Origin: Octopus vulgaris
Taxonomy: Eukaryota
Assembly: GCA_951406725.2 (NCBI GenBank)
Contig: OX597837.1
Span: 40,982,001-41,046,000, forward strand
Reading direction: 5' to 3'
DNA length: 64,000 nucleotides
The notes beneath the pieces were generated by a model. It had not been told where the DNA came from. It saw only the letters and a list, made by a program, of their open reading frames with translations, and did no database searches. This document shows positions 41,791 through 56,090 of the stretch, piece after piece; the first letter of the stretch is position 1; each line of letters opens with the position of its first letter. Position numbers and translations under genes: made by a program.

Positions 41791-42188
41791 TTGTCAGAGA
41801 TCATGAAGAAAAAAATGCTTTCTAATTGATGTATCATTACCGGCAGATGACAACGTGTCTTTAAAAGAAATGGAGAAACTTTCAAAATACAAAGACCTGG
41901 AAATAGAGGTAACCAGAATGTGGAATCTAAAAACAGAAACAATTCCTATCATAGTAGGTGCATTAGGCATGATAAAAAAATATTCAGACAAATACATAAC
42001 AAAAACACCAGGACTTACAAACACATATAACATACAGAAAATTGTCCTACTAGGCACTGCACACATCCTACGCAGAACACTTTCCATACAATAACCATCA
42101 GAGCATCACAACAAATCACAGCACATACCCAAGGCACACAGAGCTGCGCTCGGTAGTGAAGTGAAAGCACGCTATAAAAATAAAACTA

Positions 42189-42272
<84 letters not shown>
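41790..42272 (+). pseudogene. 3' end of an R4/Dong-like LINE (family 2) with (TAA)n tail
   Basis: LIDVSLPADDNVSLKEMEKLSKYKDLEIEVTRMWNLKTETIPIIVGALG...QKIVLLGTAHILRRTLS, UTR to about 42192, then (TAA)n. Confidence 0.85.
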
Positions 42273-42275
<3 letters not shown>

Positions 42276-43112
42276 GAATTAGGACAACAACAAAATTATA
42301 ATTCTTTCTCCTCAAGGGGCAAAGGCAGAAATTTTGGTTGGTGAGGCTAGTTGAATTCATCGACCCAGTACGCAACTGGTACTTTTCCATTGGTCCCCGA
42401 AAGAATGAAAGACAAACTCGACTCAAGCAGAAAAACGGACCAAATGCGGCGAAGAAGAAGAAGAAGAAGAAGAAGAAGAAGAAGAAGAAGAAGAAGAAGA
42501 AGAAGAAGAAGAAGAAGAAGAAGAAGGAGGAGGAGGAGGAGGAGGAGGAGGAGGAGGAGGAGGAGGAGATGGTGAAGAAGAAGAAGAAGAAGAAGAAGAA
42601 TGTGTTATATCCTGTAACATCGATGTGAAGAAACTAAGCGACGTTAAGGTCGTCTGCGTCGTTGTAACAAAAGAGATTGTTTCGCCTGTGAGAAGTTTTC
42701 AGTCGTGAAACTGGATGGTATCTCAGTTTATACTGAGTCTGTTTAAACAAACACTTAGAAAGCAAGTCAAACGTAGATGAACACTCTTAATTGTTCAGTG
42801 AAGAATGGACTTGAAAATATCAGTTAAATAACTTCTTCGCTTTTGTTTTGTTCCTGTTGTAACACCTTAAAAGTATTGTCATTATGATAGCGTGTTCTCG
42901 CTGCTACTGCTGCTACTGCTACTGGTCCACTTGCTTTTGTGGGCTTTTTCAGAGAGAGGAAAAACAAAAATACGAAGGCAAAAAAAAAAAGAATTCTCTT
43001 TCAACCTTCATCTGTTTTTATCTCTGTGAAGCATGCAGTTCGGCGCGTGCGTGTCTAGGTGTGACGAGCGAGGCGGTGGTGGAGGCAATCGCTTGAACAA
43101 CAGCAACAGCAA

Positions 43113-43143
<31 letters not shown>

Positions 43144-43812
43144 AACAACAAAAACAACAACAACAACAACAACAACAGCAAAGACAACAAAAATCCCAAC
43201 GTAAAAATGGCGGCGAGTTATAAAACGTCGCGAGGTAACACCCAAAACATATACACTTAATGGCAAATATTTGTGGCCCTTTATTTGTTATTATTTCTAT
43301 GTAGGCATTCATAAAGGTTCATATTTTATTTCTGCTCATAGAAAAATAAGGCATTCTTACATTCCAAGAACATGTTTGTGGGTATTTGTATATTTTTTGT
43401 GAGGTTTTTATGACCGGATATCAATTCTTAATAGTCGTAAACATTCAGTTTTTTTCCCCCAAAGATGAATTAGTTACAAACTCTTAAGGGGAGGTCATTT
43501 AGTCAGATAGACGTAAATTTCACGTAAGATGGTTTGTCTTCTTATTTCTTTTCTTCTTTTATTCGTTTCAGTCATTGAACTGTGGCCATGCTGGAGTGAT
43601 TTAGAGGGGTAAGTTAGTCGATTACATGGCCCTCCAGTGCTCGGCGGGTGCTCATTTTATTTGGCCCCGAAAGGGGAAAAGTCTATGTTGACCTCGGCAA
43701 AATTTGAAATCAGAAGGTGAAGAGCCGGACAAAATACTGCAAAGTATTTGGTCCGGTTTTTCAAGGGATTTGTCGAACAGACACTTTCTGTATAAATTTG
43801 GTACGTCTAGAG

Positions 43813-44138
43813 CAGTAATTCCTAAACATTTTTTGACACCCAGGTCACATTCCTAGCGCCCCATCCCAACTACCCATCACAAACAAGGACTTCTTTCTGA
43901 AGCAACTGCATTTCACAAATAAAACTTAACCTCACGAAACCATTACTTTGTTGCTTTTACATGAATCGCTACCCCATTAACGCCCAACTTTTTACATGAA
44001 TCGCTACCCCATTATCGCCCAACTTTTTACATGAATCTCTACCCCATTATCACCCCACTTTTCTTCAACGTCCCCTTAGAACTTTCCACCGCCGCTCTCG
44101 GGGGTGAGGATCAATACTGCCCACTTTGGGAACGACTG
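43813..44138. mobile_element. hAT (Charlie-like) MITE with 8-bp TSD and internal 34-bp tandem repeat
   Basis: TIR-like CAGTAATTCCTAAA ... TTTGGGAACGACTG. TSD GTCTAGAG (43805-43812) / ATCTAGAG (44139-44146). Three copies of CTTTTACATGAATCGCTACCCCATTA.CGCCCAA. Confidence 0.8.
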
Positions 44139-44445
44139 ATCTAGAGTCTGATATTATTTATACTAAAGCCATAATTGCTTTTTATATCCCTGTTATTAAT
44201 TGAATGAGTTGTGGCCATGCTACTGCACTTCCTTTAAGAGTTTATAACTGATCATATAGTATCCTGTATGTAATTCGCATTTCTGCTTTCTTCAGCGATA
44301 TCTATTTCTCTGGTGGTTAAATTGATTTCTACATAAAGAGACGCAACTCTTTGCGCAAACAAACGGTGTTCTTATAACTTGTTATCGTTGATATAGTTCA
44401 GCCCTAGGAAACTATTGACCTCTTGGAGTTTTAGTTTATCATTAA

Positions 44446-44837
44446 CTAGCAGTATCGCCCGGCGTTGTTCGGGTTTGTTTCGACCCTTTAGAACTGGAAT
44501 TTTTGAAAAGTAAAAATTTTGCATAATGTAGCTTGTTATTCTCTTTAAGTGAACATTTTTCTAGTTGAAATACACCGAAAAATGGCAACACAGCAGTCAA
44601 AAAATCGTAAAAAATAGGGAACTTCATAGAAAAAAAGCACCTTTTTGATGTAAATAATTTTTGGTCTTAACATGGTCCAATTTGATTTTTTTCTTCGAGG
44701 GAAGGAAAAGCAAGCTTTCTTCTATCATACTCTCAATTTTGGTCATCTTGCGCCGCAGGGTCTCGGAGGACATAATGTTAGTTGAAGACTACCAAACCTG
44801 CCACACACAGACAACTTCAGCTTTGTATATATAGAGA
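44446..44837 (-). mobile_element. Non-autonomous Helitron
   Basis: Minus strand starts TC after A and ends with hairpin CCCGAACAACGCCGGG then ...CTAG followed by T. Confidence 0.75.
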
Positions 44838-45583
44838 TTTAGTTTACCATTAAAAAAATTCATTATATGGTCCATAAGTAAAAATATTATTTGTTCGTAT
44901 GTATGCATGTTTTAATGTTCAAATAAAAATCAATATTTAGGTGGGGTTGCAGGAAGAAATTTCCTTCCTAATCACATGGTTTTGGGATCGCTCTCCAATC
45001 ATTGCGCTCTCATATTTTCTTTCGGTGCCTATAAGCACTCTTGTTTACATCGCTAGCGAAGAGATAAGTCACACGCCATTGCCGAGAGCTTTTCTCAGTA
45101 CGTTCGGCACATTTTTTTAGTTGAACTACAAGTAATGTCGAGAAGTTTTCTACACCATTTTACAGATTCTAATTTCTCTATTTAAATGTGTCAAACTAAA
45201 AAAGAAATAATATAAAATAATATAAAATAAAAAGTAACACAGCTCAGACAGGGTAGTTTCAATAAAAACAGGTCTCTTTTAACCCACTAGAGTCATTAGA
45301 TGTGGCAGTGACCCAACACGTACGACCCATAGATTCAAGCAAGCAGAAGGTGCTTTTATCGAAGGTCACGGAGTTGAGTTTTTTAATCTTCCATGAAAAT
45401 ATTTGTAACAATGCGTGATTTCGTCCATTATATACAACTGTAATATCACGTACACATTTTTTTTTTTTGGCTTTCTTCAAAACGCTCGCGTGCATCCATC
45501 GTTACAAAACACACACACACACACATGCACGCGTGCACACGCGCACAAACACACGCATTTACGCGTATGTATGTTTGCATACG

Positions 45584-45835
45584 TGGAGGCGCGTGGCTTA
45601 GTGGTTAGGACGTCAGCATCATGATCGTAAGATTGTGGTTTCGTTTCCTGGACCGGGCAACGCGTTGTGTTCTTAAGCAAAACACTGTATTTCACGTTGC
45701 GCCAGTCCACTCAGCTGGCAAAAATGAGTAACGCTGAGATATACTGGCGTCCCGTCCAGCTGAGGAACACATACGCCATAGAAACCAGGAAACCAGCCCC
45801 ATGAGCCTGGCTAGGCTTTAAAAAGGGCGTATTTA
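45584..45835 (+). mobile_element. tRNA-derived SINE (family C, Nin/Deu-like core)
   Basis: GGAGGCGCGTGGCTTAGTGGTTAGG (A box), GGTTTCGTTTCC (B-box-like), CCAGTCCACTCAGCTGGCAAAAATGAGTA. Confidence 0.85.
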
Positions 45836-45954
45836 TTTATTTTATTTACGTTTGTATACATTGATGATAGAAAAGAAACATATTCTGACATAATTATAAC
45901 AATACAACCTACAGAGAATAACAAATATATTACCTATAACAGATCTTCATTAGT

Positions 45955-46290
45955 GAAGGCGCACGGCTCAGTGGTTAGAGCGTCAAGCCTACGATCATGA
46001 GGTTATGAGCTCGAATCCCGGACCGGGCTGCGTGTTGTGTTCTTGAGCAAGACACTTTATTTCACGTTGCCCCAGTTCACTCAGCTGTAGAAATGAGTTG
46101 CGACGTCACAGGTGCCAAGCTGTATCGACCGTTGCCTTTCCCTTGGATAACATCGGTGGCATGAAGAAGGGAAGCTGGTATGCATGGGCGATTACTGGTC
46201 TTCCATAAACAACCTTGTCCGTACTTGTGCCTGGGAGGGTAACTTTCTTGGTGCAATCCCATGGTCAGTGTCGTGATCGAAGTGGGTCTC
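45955..46290 (+). mobile_element. tRNA-derived SINE (family C variant)
   Basis: GAAGGCGCACGGCTCAGTGGTTAGAGCG ... GCTCGAATCCCG ... CCAGTTCACTCAGCTGTAGAAATGAG. Confidence 0.85.
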
Positions 46291-46531
46291 AGAACCGATC
46301 TTCATACAGAAAGCCATCATATCGCTGCATTTAAACTATGAGTTTAGGTACAAAATCGATCTTAACACTAATTTAATATGATGGCTATTATCCTACGATA
46401 TATGTTTATGCACAATAAAGATTTCTCTTATAGATTCTTCATATTTTGCTAGTAGCTTACTGCTTTAGTTATAGTTAGTACCTAACTGGACTCACATCTC
46501 TTTTTCTCAAGCATAAATATGAATCTCCTAC

Positions 46532-46943
46532 AGGAGTGGCTGTGTGGTAAGTAGCTTGTTTACCAACCACATGGTTCCAGGTTCAGTCCCACTGCGTGGC
46601 ACCTTGGGCAAGTGTCTTCTACTATAGCCTCGGGCCGACCAAAGCCTTGTGAGTGGATTTGGTAGACGGAAACTGAAAGAAGCCCGTCGTATATATGTAT
46701 ATATATATATATATATATGCGTGTGTGTGTTTGTGTGTCTGTATTTGTCCCCCTAGCATTGCTTGACAACCGATGCTGGTGTGTTTATGTCCTCGTAACT
46801 TAGCGGTTCGGCAAAAGAGACCGATAGAATAAGTACTGGGCTTACAAAAGAATAAGTCTCGGGGTCGAGTTGCTCGATTAAAGGCGGTGTTCCAGCATGG
46901 CCGCAGTCAAATGACTGAAACAAGTAAAAGAGTAAAAGAGAGA
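46532..46943 (+). mobile_element. Full-length family-B (CORE-like) SINE with internal (TA)(TG) microsatellite
   Basis: Head AGGAGTGGCTGTGTGGTAAG..GGTTCAGTCCC, CORE-like ACCTTGGGCAAGTG, internal microsatellite at about 46690-46740, tail ATGACTGAAACAAGTAAAAGAGTAAAAGAG. Confidence 0.9.
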
Positions 46944-47002
46944 GTATTCTATTCTGCTATCTCCTTTCTCAAGTCCTTTGTATAAAATTTGTTTCTACTT
47001 TT

Positions 47003-47111
47003 TGCACTGAAGAGTACAGTTAAATTATAATCAATTTAATTAATTTAATTATTTCTATTCAACCACGATTTTGCATGATTTTTATTTCGCTGTACGAAAC
47101 GAGCGTCTGTG
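47003..47111 (+). ncRNA. Type-I hammerhead ribozyme motif with a large loop II
   Basis: TGCA-CTGAAGA-GTACAG(70 nt AT-rich)CTGTAC-GAAA-C(GAGC)G-TC-TGTG. Perfect 6-bp stem II with G10.1-C11.1, GUC triplet. Confidence 0.8.
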
Positions 47112-47219
47112 TGAATTAAAATTCTTTTAATACTTTAACATCTTCTCTTCTCCCTTTTTAACAAAATTGTTGAGTTTTATGGGATTCCTTTTCACAGATT
47201 CAAACCACACCATATACAA

Positions 47220-47271
<52 letters not shown>

Positions 47272-47415
47272 ATGTATGTATGTATGTATGTATGTATGTA
47301 TGTATGTATGTATGCATACATATGCATGTATATATGTAAGTATGTCTATATATACATAAGTATATATGTATGCATGCGTGTATGTATATATATATATATA
47401 TATGTATGTATATAC

Positions 47416-47451
<36 letters not shown>

Positions 47452-47764
47452 GTATATATGTATTTACGTATGTATATATATGCATGTTGGTATGTACGTA
47501 TATATGTATATATATATATATATATATATGTATATACGTATGTGTGTGTGTATATATATATACATGTATATATGAATTTGCATATGTATATAGTTATAAG
47601 TATTGGAATCTTACATGTATACCATTCTACCTACAAAAATGGATCTACAACTTCAATATCCCTACATATCTCACATCTATTTTCTTTCCTCCACCTCACT
47701 CTCTATTTTGTATCTATTTTGTATCTTATCAAAATTAACTATTACTTAACTATCCTCTCATACC

Positions 47765-47816
47765 GTCTCCAATGAAGGGATATAATTAATAAATATCCTA
47801 GAAACAGCTGTAAGAC
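47765..47816 (+). ncRNA. Variant hammerhead-like motif (core CCAATGA)
   Basis: GTCT-CCAATGA-AGGGATAT..ATATCCTA-GAAA-C(AGCT)G-TA-AGAC. Stems I and II and the palindromic stem III are present; the core is altered. Confidence 0.55.
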
Positions 47817-47919
47817 CTATCTATAAATGTTCTAAATCTCAGCCTTGGTTTTTTTTTTATCTCATTAAGAAAAATTGTTTTTATATGTATATGTATATGT
47901 ATATATATATATAAACAAT

Positions 47920-47996
<77 letters not shown>

Positions 47997-48090
47997 GCAT
48001 ATATGAATTTACATATATATAAATATATATATATACATATATGAATTTACATATGTATATATATATATATATATTTGCATATATGAAATT

Positions 48091-48124
<34 letters not shown>

Positions 48125-48688
48125 GAATGTATGTATATACTTACGTATGCATATATATATATGCACAGGTACAGGGAGGGGAATAATTACAGGTGCAGTT
48201 TTTTTTTCTGCGGTGATATAGATGCAACGCAGGCAGAACCAAATTTCATAGTCTAGTACACACTCGTTAAGAACTCTTTATAAAAGACAGTTCTATCTAT
48301 ACAGTAGAACAATATTTCCATAGAACAATACTGCAATATTTCTATAGATGTGATCACCATTGATAAACAATAGAATTTTTTCTTTTTCTCTTTTTTTTTT
48401 TTTTGTATCTCACCCCGCGTCTATTTTCTGCTCGGTAATACACCATGTCTTTTCTCTTCTTCCTTCATGTTCTGGGTATCGATTTATATATATATATATA
48501 TTAATTTCCTATTTTTAAATAATCACCTGCCGGCCTTTCTTTTCTTGTATTTCCTGGGGGTGTATTTTTTGTTTGCTTTTTTTTATTTTTTTTCAACTAT
48601 TTTAGTGCTGTTCCAAAACAGGTGGTAGATGTGTGTGTGTGGATGTATACCTTTGTGTATATATCTATATCTATCTATTTATGTATCC

Positions 48689-48851
<163 letters not shown>

Positions 48852-48934
48852 CAGAGGGAGAGAGAGAGGGGGATTGATAAATAGACAGATGCATCTACAT
48901 ACGCATGTAGATCTCTCTCTCTCTCTTTCTCTCT

Positions 48935-48970
<36 letters not shown>

Positions 48971-49316
48971 CTCTCTCTGAATATATATGCAAAGAGACAC
49001 ACACATACGCATAAATGTATGTATATGTATGTGTGTATATATATATATATATATGTATGTATAGTAGAAATATGTAACGAAAAGAAAATATAAAATACAC
49101 GTGGAAATGTTAGGGTAAAATATGAAAAATCAACGAAAATGCATATTGCAAATAGAAAAAGGCTATTTATGACAGGTAGCGACAAATATATACATTTAGA
49201 TTGACTGAGGTAGTAATACGAGTCATAAAGGTCATTATTATGAGATGATTATAAGATGATAATAAAGTAAGAGAACAAAACGAACCAAGGGTTTACGCAA
49301 AGCTATTCATCGTTTG

Positions 49317-49360
<44 letters not shown>

Positions 49361-50032
49361 GTGTGCGTGTGTGTGTGTGTGTGTATGTACATATCTACGT
49401 ATATATATACGAATGTATGTACATGTATATGCAATATATGTATGCGTCGGTCATATGCCATACATACACACACTGCCATACATATATGTTCAATGATGTC
49501 TGCTCGGTTTACGTTGGCAGAAGCAAGGATTGCATTTTTATGCCAGCTCAGGGCAACTTTTGACAACATTAACCTCATCTTACAAATAACATATGACGTC
49601 GAAGTTTCGTACCGTTTACCGCAGCTCACACCACACGGACGAAACTAACATATACAGCAATTTCGGCAACATATTCACAAGAGATTTGTAAAACAAATTG
49701 GGAACAAAATGATTCAAGAGGCTTCAATAATGTTCCCTAGCGTTGACTTTGTCATTCAGAGTTCTAAATGAGTTAAATGATTTTCTGTAAGATATAAGTT
49801 GTAAAAATACTCGAATTCCTGGTGTTGCTTAGGAGAGCAAGTTGCACTTAAATTGGAACACCTGTAGCTTAAATTGGAATACCTGACGCCAACTACCACA
49901 GGTAACTTTAGTCGTTTATTTGTTTCAGTTTTTACACACCGGCCATGCTGGAGCACCGTCTTGAAGAATTTTAAGTCGTATGACTCGACCCAAGTACTTC
50001 GTGTTCGTTTGCGTGAACCGCTAAGTTAAGAC

Positions 50033-50071
<39 letters not shown>

Positions 50072-50349
50072 AGTGAGTGTGTGTGTGTATGTAAGTATGT
50101 ATTTATGATTATGATATCCACACGCATGCACAGACGAACGTACATACGCGTTAATGTGCAACACAATGTCTCCACAGTTCCTTAAAAAAAATTCCCTTAC
50201 CATTGCACATTTTCTAACATTCGAAAGGGACAAAAGCAGCTATGTTACTTCAGAGCACAGCATCGCAACCCCGTCCTATGACACCAGACACCGCATCACA
50301 TCCTAACACGACCCTACATCATACAACACAGCAGAGTCAACGACATATC

Positions 50350-50386
<37 letters not shown>

Positions 50387-50982
50387 ATATACATATATAC
50401 ACATAAGTATATATATAGATAGATAGACACACAAGCGCACAAATATATATGTATGTATGTAAGAATGTATGTATGTATGTGGTGATAAATCATTTTTATT
50501 AGTTAACCATATGTCATGCATTAGATTATATAAATCATATTTATTGTATCCAAGTATATTATACGTAGGATATATCAACGCTTCTGACTGTCTTTAAGCT
50601 GAATATCCTCCTGTATAGTTAGATATATGCTGTGTCATAAATCACTGGAGCCATGTACGATACATATATACATACACACATATATACATACACACACATA
50701 CATATATACATACATATATACATACACTCACGCAAATATACACACACAGACACATACACTCACATATATGTTTATACTTATATGTGTGTATATACATATA
50801 TGCGAATGTCAATATATACATGCGTATAAGTTTATACATACTGTTACAGAAATAGATTTGTACATATATATATATATATATTTATATATAAGTATATATA
50901 TATATATAGATAGATAGAGCGAGAGAGATAGATAGATATTTGTATATATGTATATATATGTATATATATATAAATACACATA

Positions 50983-51046
<64 letters not shown>

Positions 51047-51311
51047 CATATATATATATATATATACAAATATATATGTGTGTGTGTGTGCGAGGGAGTG
51101 ACTGAGAGTATCTACAAAGATCTATGAATAAATATATTTACATACATGCACAAACACAGATACACACACATATATAGAAATTCTTATATAAATGCATGAA
51201 TATATATAAACGCATAAATATACGCACTTGTACCCATATACACACAAATCGCACTCACACACACGTGTATATATAGATATATGGATGTATGCATATATGT
51301 GTGTGCATATA

Positions 51312-51363
<52 letters not shown>

Positions 51364-51614
51364 TATGTATATTCACATACGCACACACATAGTATCCATC
51401 TTACACGAGCTGGGACACGAAAATTTATGATAAATGTTCGAAGTGTTCTTTTGCCTCAAATATATCTATTGTGATTTTGAGACATGATCTTCCGAAATAT
51501 TCCATGGGGCACCCGCTCATGCACACACATCTCTCGTATAGACATCTCGCACAAACACACTGATACACTGCGTATATATATATATATATACATATATAAA
51601 CACGCACACACATG

Positions 51615-51660
<46 letters not shown>

Positions 51661-51667
<7 letters not shown>

Positions 51668-52086
51668 GCATCTTTTTGTCACGGGAGACAATGGAGTTGC
51701 GCATAAACTAATCCAGTCTGGTTTTTACATTTCATGTCCTCTCCAGCTTCCTCTCCAGTTTTGCGCAGGCCTGGGCTAGATGTAAGAAAATCCTGGGTAG
51801 CCCAACCGTCAGGATTCCTCTCTCGACCTTGCTGACGTAGTCCAAGGGAGTGCAGAGCAATTCCTTTGGCACCAGCTTGGTTGCAGGAACTGACGGAAGA
51901 GTATCGAGTCGAACACTAAACCACCTACGGGGCTCCACTCCGGATTTCTTTCAAGTTTGTCTCCTTTCCGTAACCCTGGATAGGGGCCCATACCGGGTAC
52001 TGTCAACCGGAGCCAACTGAGCCCGGGGTCGTGTCAGGCACGGTCGACACACCCTGAAGTAGTGAAGAAAATCGCTACCCACTACC

Positions 52087-52088
<2 letters not shown>
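51661..52088 (+). mobile_element. ~420-bp RTE-5'UTR-like repeat, copy 2, embedded in (TA)n
   Basis: Homologous to 34372-34795 and flanked by (TA)n on both sides. Confidence 0.65.
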
Positions 52089-52155
<67 letters not shown>

Positions 52156-52281
52156 TTATTCATATATATATACATATATACACACATATATACTTTCACA
52201 AATCGCTAGTGTACAAACTCAGGCGTCTTCAACAGGTACATATATTTACTGAGGTAGACACCCATTCAAACTCATAGAATA

Positions 52282-52346
<65 letters not shown>

Positions 52347-52433
52347 GGCGGTGCCCCAGCATGGCCACAGCTCATGAGCTGAAACTAGAATCAATCAATC
52401 ATATATATATATATATATAACATAGATAGATAA

Positions 52434-52511
<78 letters not shown>

Positions 52512-52533
52512 GCTCACACATGCATACACACAC

Positions 52534-52587
<54 letters not shown>

Positions 52588-52943
52588 TGGTAGAAACATT
52601 TATGTATATATATGTATATACACTTATATATAAATGTATGTAGAACTCAGCCCTGGACTTGTAAAAGATAAAAGATATGTACATAAGCACACATGCATAT
52701 ATGTGTGAGCGTATCTGTGTGCATGTGTGTGTATACGTATGCGTGGCGTTTCCTAAGGTACCTTCTGCATGAAAAGTACAGATTTAAGATGGCCTAATAT
52801 GATATGTATATCATACCTATCATAATGGATATATTATACCCATTATGATAGGTATATGATACCCTTCATACATTTCAATGAAAATTGATCGCACAAATAC
52901 TATAATTAATTGCTCCCAACTATACCAAATATATTAAATGTTT

Positions 52944-53490
52944 ATAAGTCAATGCTGTGTCCTATTTCAGTGTTAGCAGTGCGATATAATCACTTTTAAG
53001 TTTATCTTTATGGATTTTCAATAGAATTTAGAGCCAGCAACGAAAGTTATGACGTTTCGTATACAAATACATCTCAGTAAACAATACAATCGAAGAAAGA
53101 AAAGTAAGTAGTGGGTGTATATAACTCCGTTAACTATCCAGAAATAATATGTTTAAATAGCTATTACGTTTAGCAGTGTTAAACCAATATACATATTAAA
53201 CACATTCCTGGCAACAGGTACATATATATTAATTGCCAGTAGGAACACAGTATTTCGTTATACATCCATAATATATTATGGATGTATAATATACAATATA
53301 TTTTAGGATATAAGTCAATAGTGTTTCCTACTTTTGTGTTAGCAGTGCGTTGTTTTCGTTTTAAAGTTTTTCTTTACAGATATTGTTTACAGAATTTAGA
53401 GTCACCACTGAAATTTACGACGTTTCCTGGATGAACACGTCTATGTAAACAACGCGATCGAAGATAGAAAAGTTGGTGATATGTGTATAT
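52944..53490. repeat. Diverged tandem duplication with ~366-bp period
   Basis: ATAAGTCAAT...GTGTTAGCAGTGCG...AGAATTTAGAG...GACGTTTC...GTAAACAA...ATCGAAGA.AGAAAAGT at about 52944 and 53310. Confidence 0.75.
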
Positions 53491-53856
53491 GCCTATTTCA
53501 AGAGTTATTGCTTCTTCTTCAGTATCACACCCAATCCATTATCTATCCACGAACACATTGCTTAAATGCCCACGAAGTGCTGGCTCTGAATTCAACATAA
53601 AATATGTTGAGATAACTTTAAAATATTATATCTTTTATTCGCTCTGGAATTTCTATATCTTTAGAAGGTACCATGCGTAGCTCAGTAGTTCCAAAAGTAC
53701 GAAAACGTGTTCGTAGTTGTTCCCCTCACAATCAATGTGATGGGAACTCACTCGCACCCTTGTCATTTTAACTTACATCTTGCCGATGTTCTGAGATACA
53801 TCGTCAGGGATGTTTCTGGGGTTTGGGGATAGTTTGGTGCTTTTCAATAACATTAC

Positions 53857-54090
53857 CTCCTCACCCAGTTGACCCAACCGGAATCGAACAAGTCCCAGCT
53901 TTCATTTCATCCCAATAGCAACGAACTGCTGGTCTACTCCTCACTCAGTTACCCAACCAGAGTCAATCAAGTCCCAGCTCCCATTCAAATAGCAACTAGC
54001 TACTATTCTTCTCCTCACACATTTGACCCAACCGGAGTCGATCAAGTCCTAGCTTCCATCCCAATAGTAGCTGACCACTAATCTTCCCTC
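53857..54090 (+). repeat. Three ~77-80 bp tandem repeats
   Basis: Three copies of CTCCTCAC...ACCCAACC.GA.TC.A.CAAGTCC.AGCT...AATAG. Confidence 0.8.
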
Positions 54091-54408
54091 TTTATCCAAA
54101 TACACCTAGTGGCCTTCTCTGCGAATTCAGTGATGCAACCTTGTAACCGTTCGTTTTGTTAATAAGTTTTTTCGTTTTATTTTAGCTGATTTCAGTATTT
54201 TAATTGTTTTGTCTGTGTTTTTCCCGATGTATCATCAGCTATTAGTCATAACATCGATTGCAACCAAGCAACTCACTAAGAATATTCTTATTTCAATATT
54301 TCACACAGTTTCCAAGTTACGGCATAAATGAAAATAAACTATATTCCCCATGTAATACTAAGACTTAAACTTTGGGTGGTTTAAAAGTCCTGTAATCACA
54401 CACACGCA

Positions 54409-54444
<36 letters not shown>

Positions 54445-54477
54445 GACACACACACACACACACACGCATACAGACAG

Positions 54478-54508
<31 letters not shown>

Positions 54509-54648
54509 GTCACAGACGTGGTTGTGTAGTTACAAGCTTGTTTCCAACTACATGGTTCCGGGTTCAGTCCCATATCTTCTAATTTAGTCTCGGACCGACC
54601 AAAGCCTTGTGAGTGGATATGGCAAGCGGAAACTGAAAAAAGCCTATC

Positions 54649-55718
<1,070 letters not shown>

Positions 55719-55779
55719 CACTGTCCAGTGAGACGATCCCGTCGCTTCGTATATGCAGGTCTTCAATGTCCAATATAGT

Positions 55780-56090
55780 GGAGGCACATAGCCTAGTTGT
55801 TAGAGCAGCGGATTCGCGGTCGAGGGATCGCGGGTTCGAATCTCAGACTGGGTGATGTGTGTGTGTGTATGAGCGAAACACCGAAGCTCCACACGGCTCC
55901 GGCAGAAGGTAATGGCAAACTTCTGTTGACTCTTTCGCCACAACTTTCTCTCACTCTTTCCTCCTGCATCTTGCAGCTCACCTGCGACGGACCAGCGTCC
56001 TGTCCGGGTGGAGAACATATACGCCAAGGAAACCGGGAAACCGGCCCTTATGAGCCAGGCATGGCTCGAGAAGGAACAAACAAAACAACG
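55780..56090 (+). mobile_element. tRNA-derived SINE (family D)
   Basis: GGAGGCACATAGCCTAGTTGTTAGAGC ... GGTTCGAATCTC ... GGAAACCGGGAAACCGGCCCTTATGAGCC, with an (AAC)-type tail. Confidence 0.85.

Noticed and set aside
45955-46030. tRNA-like heads (also at 45584, 55780, 12550-12622, 17487)
   Set aside because: They have A/B boxes but no complete cloverleaf, and they continue into SINE bodies, so they are not tRNA genes.
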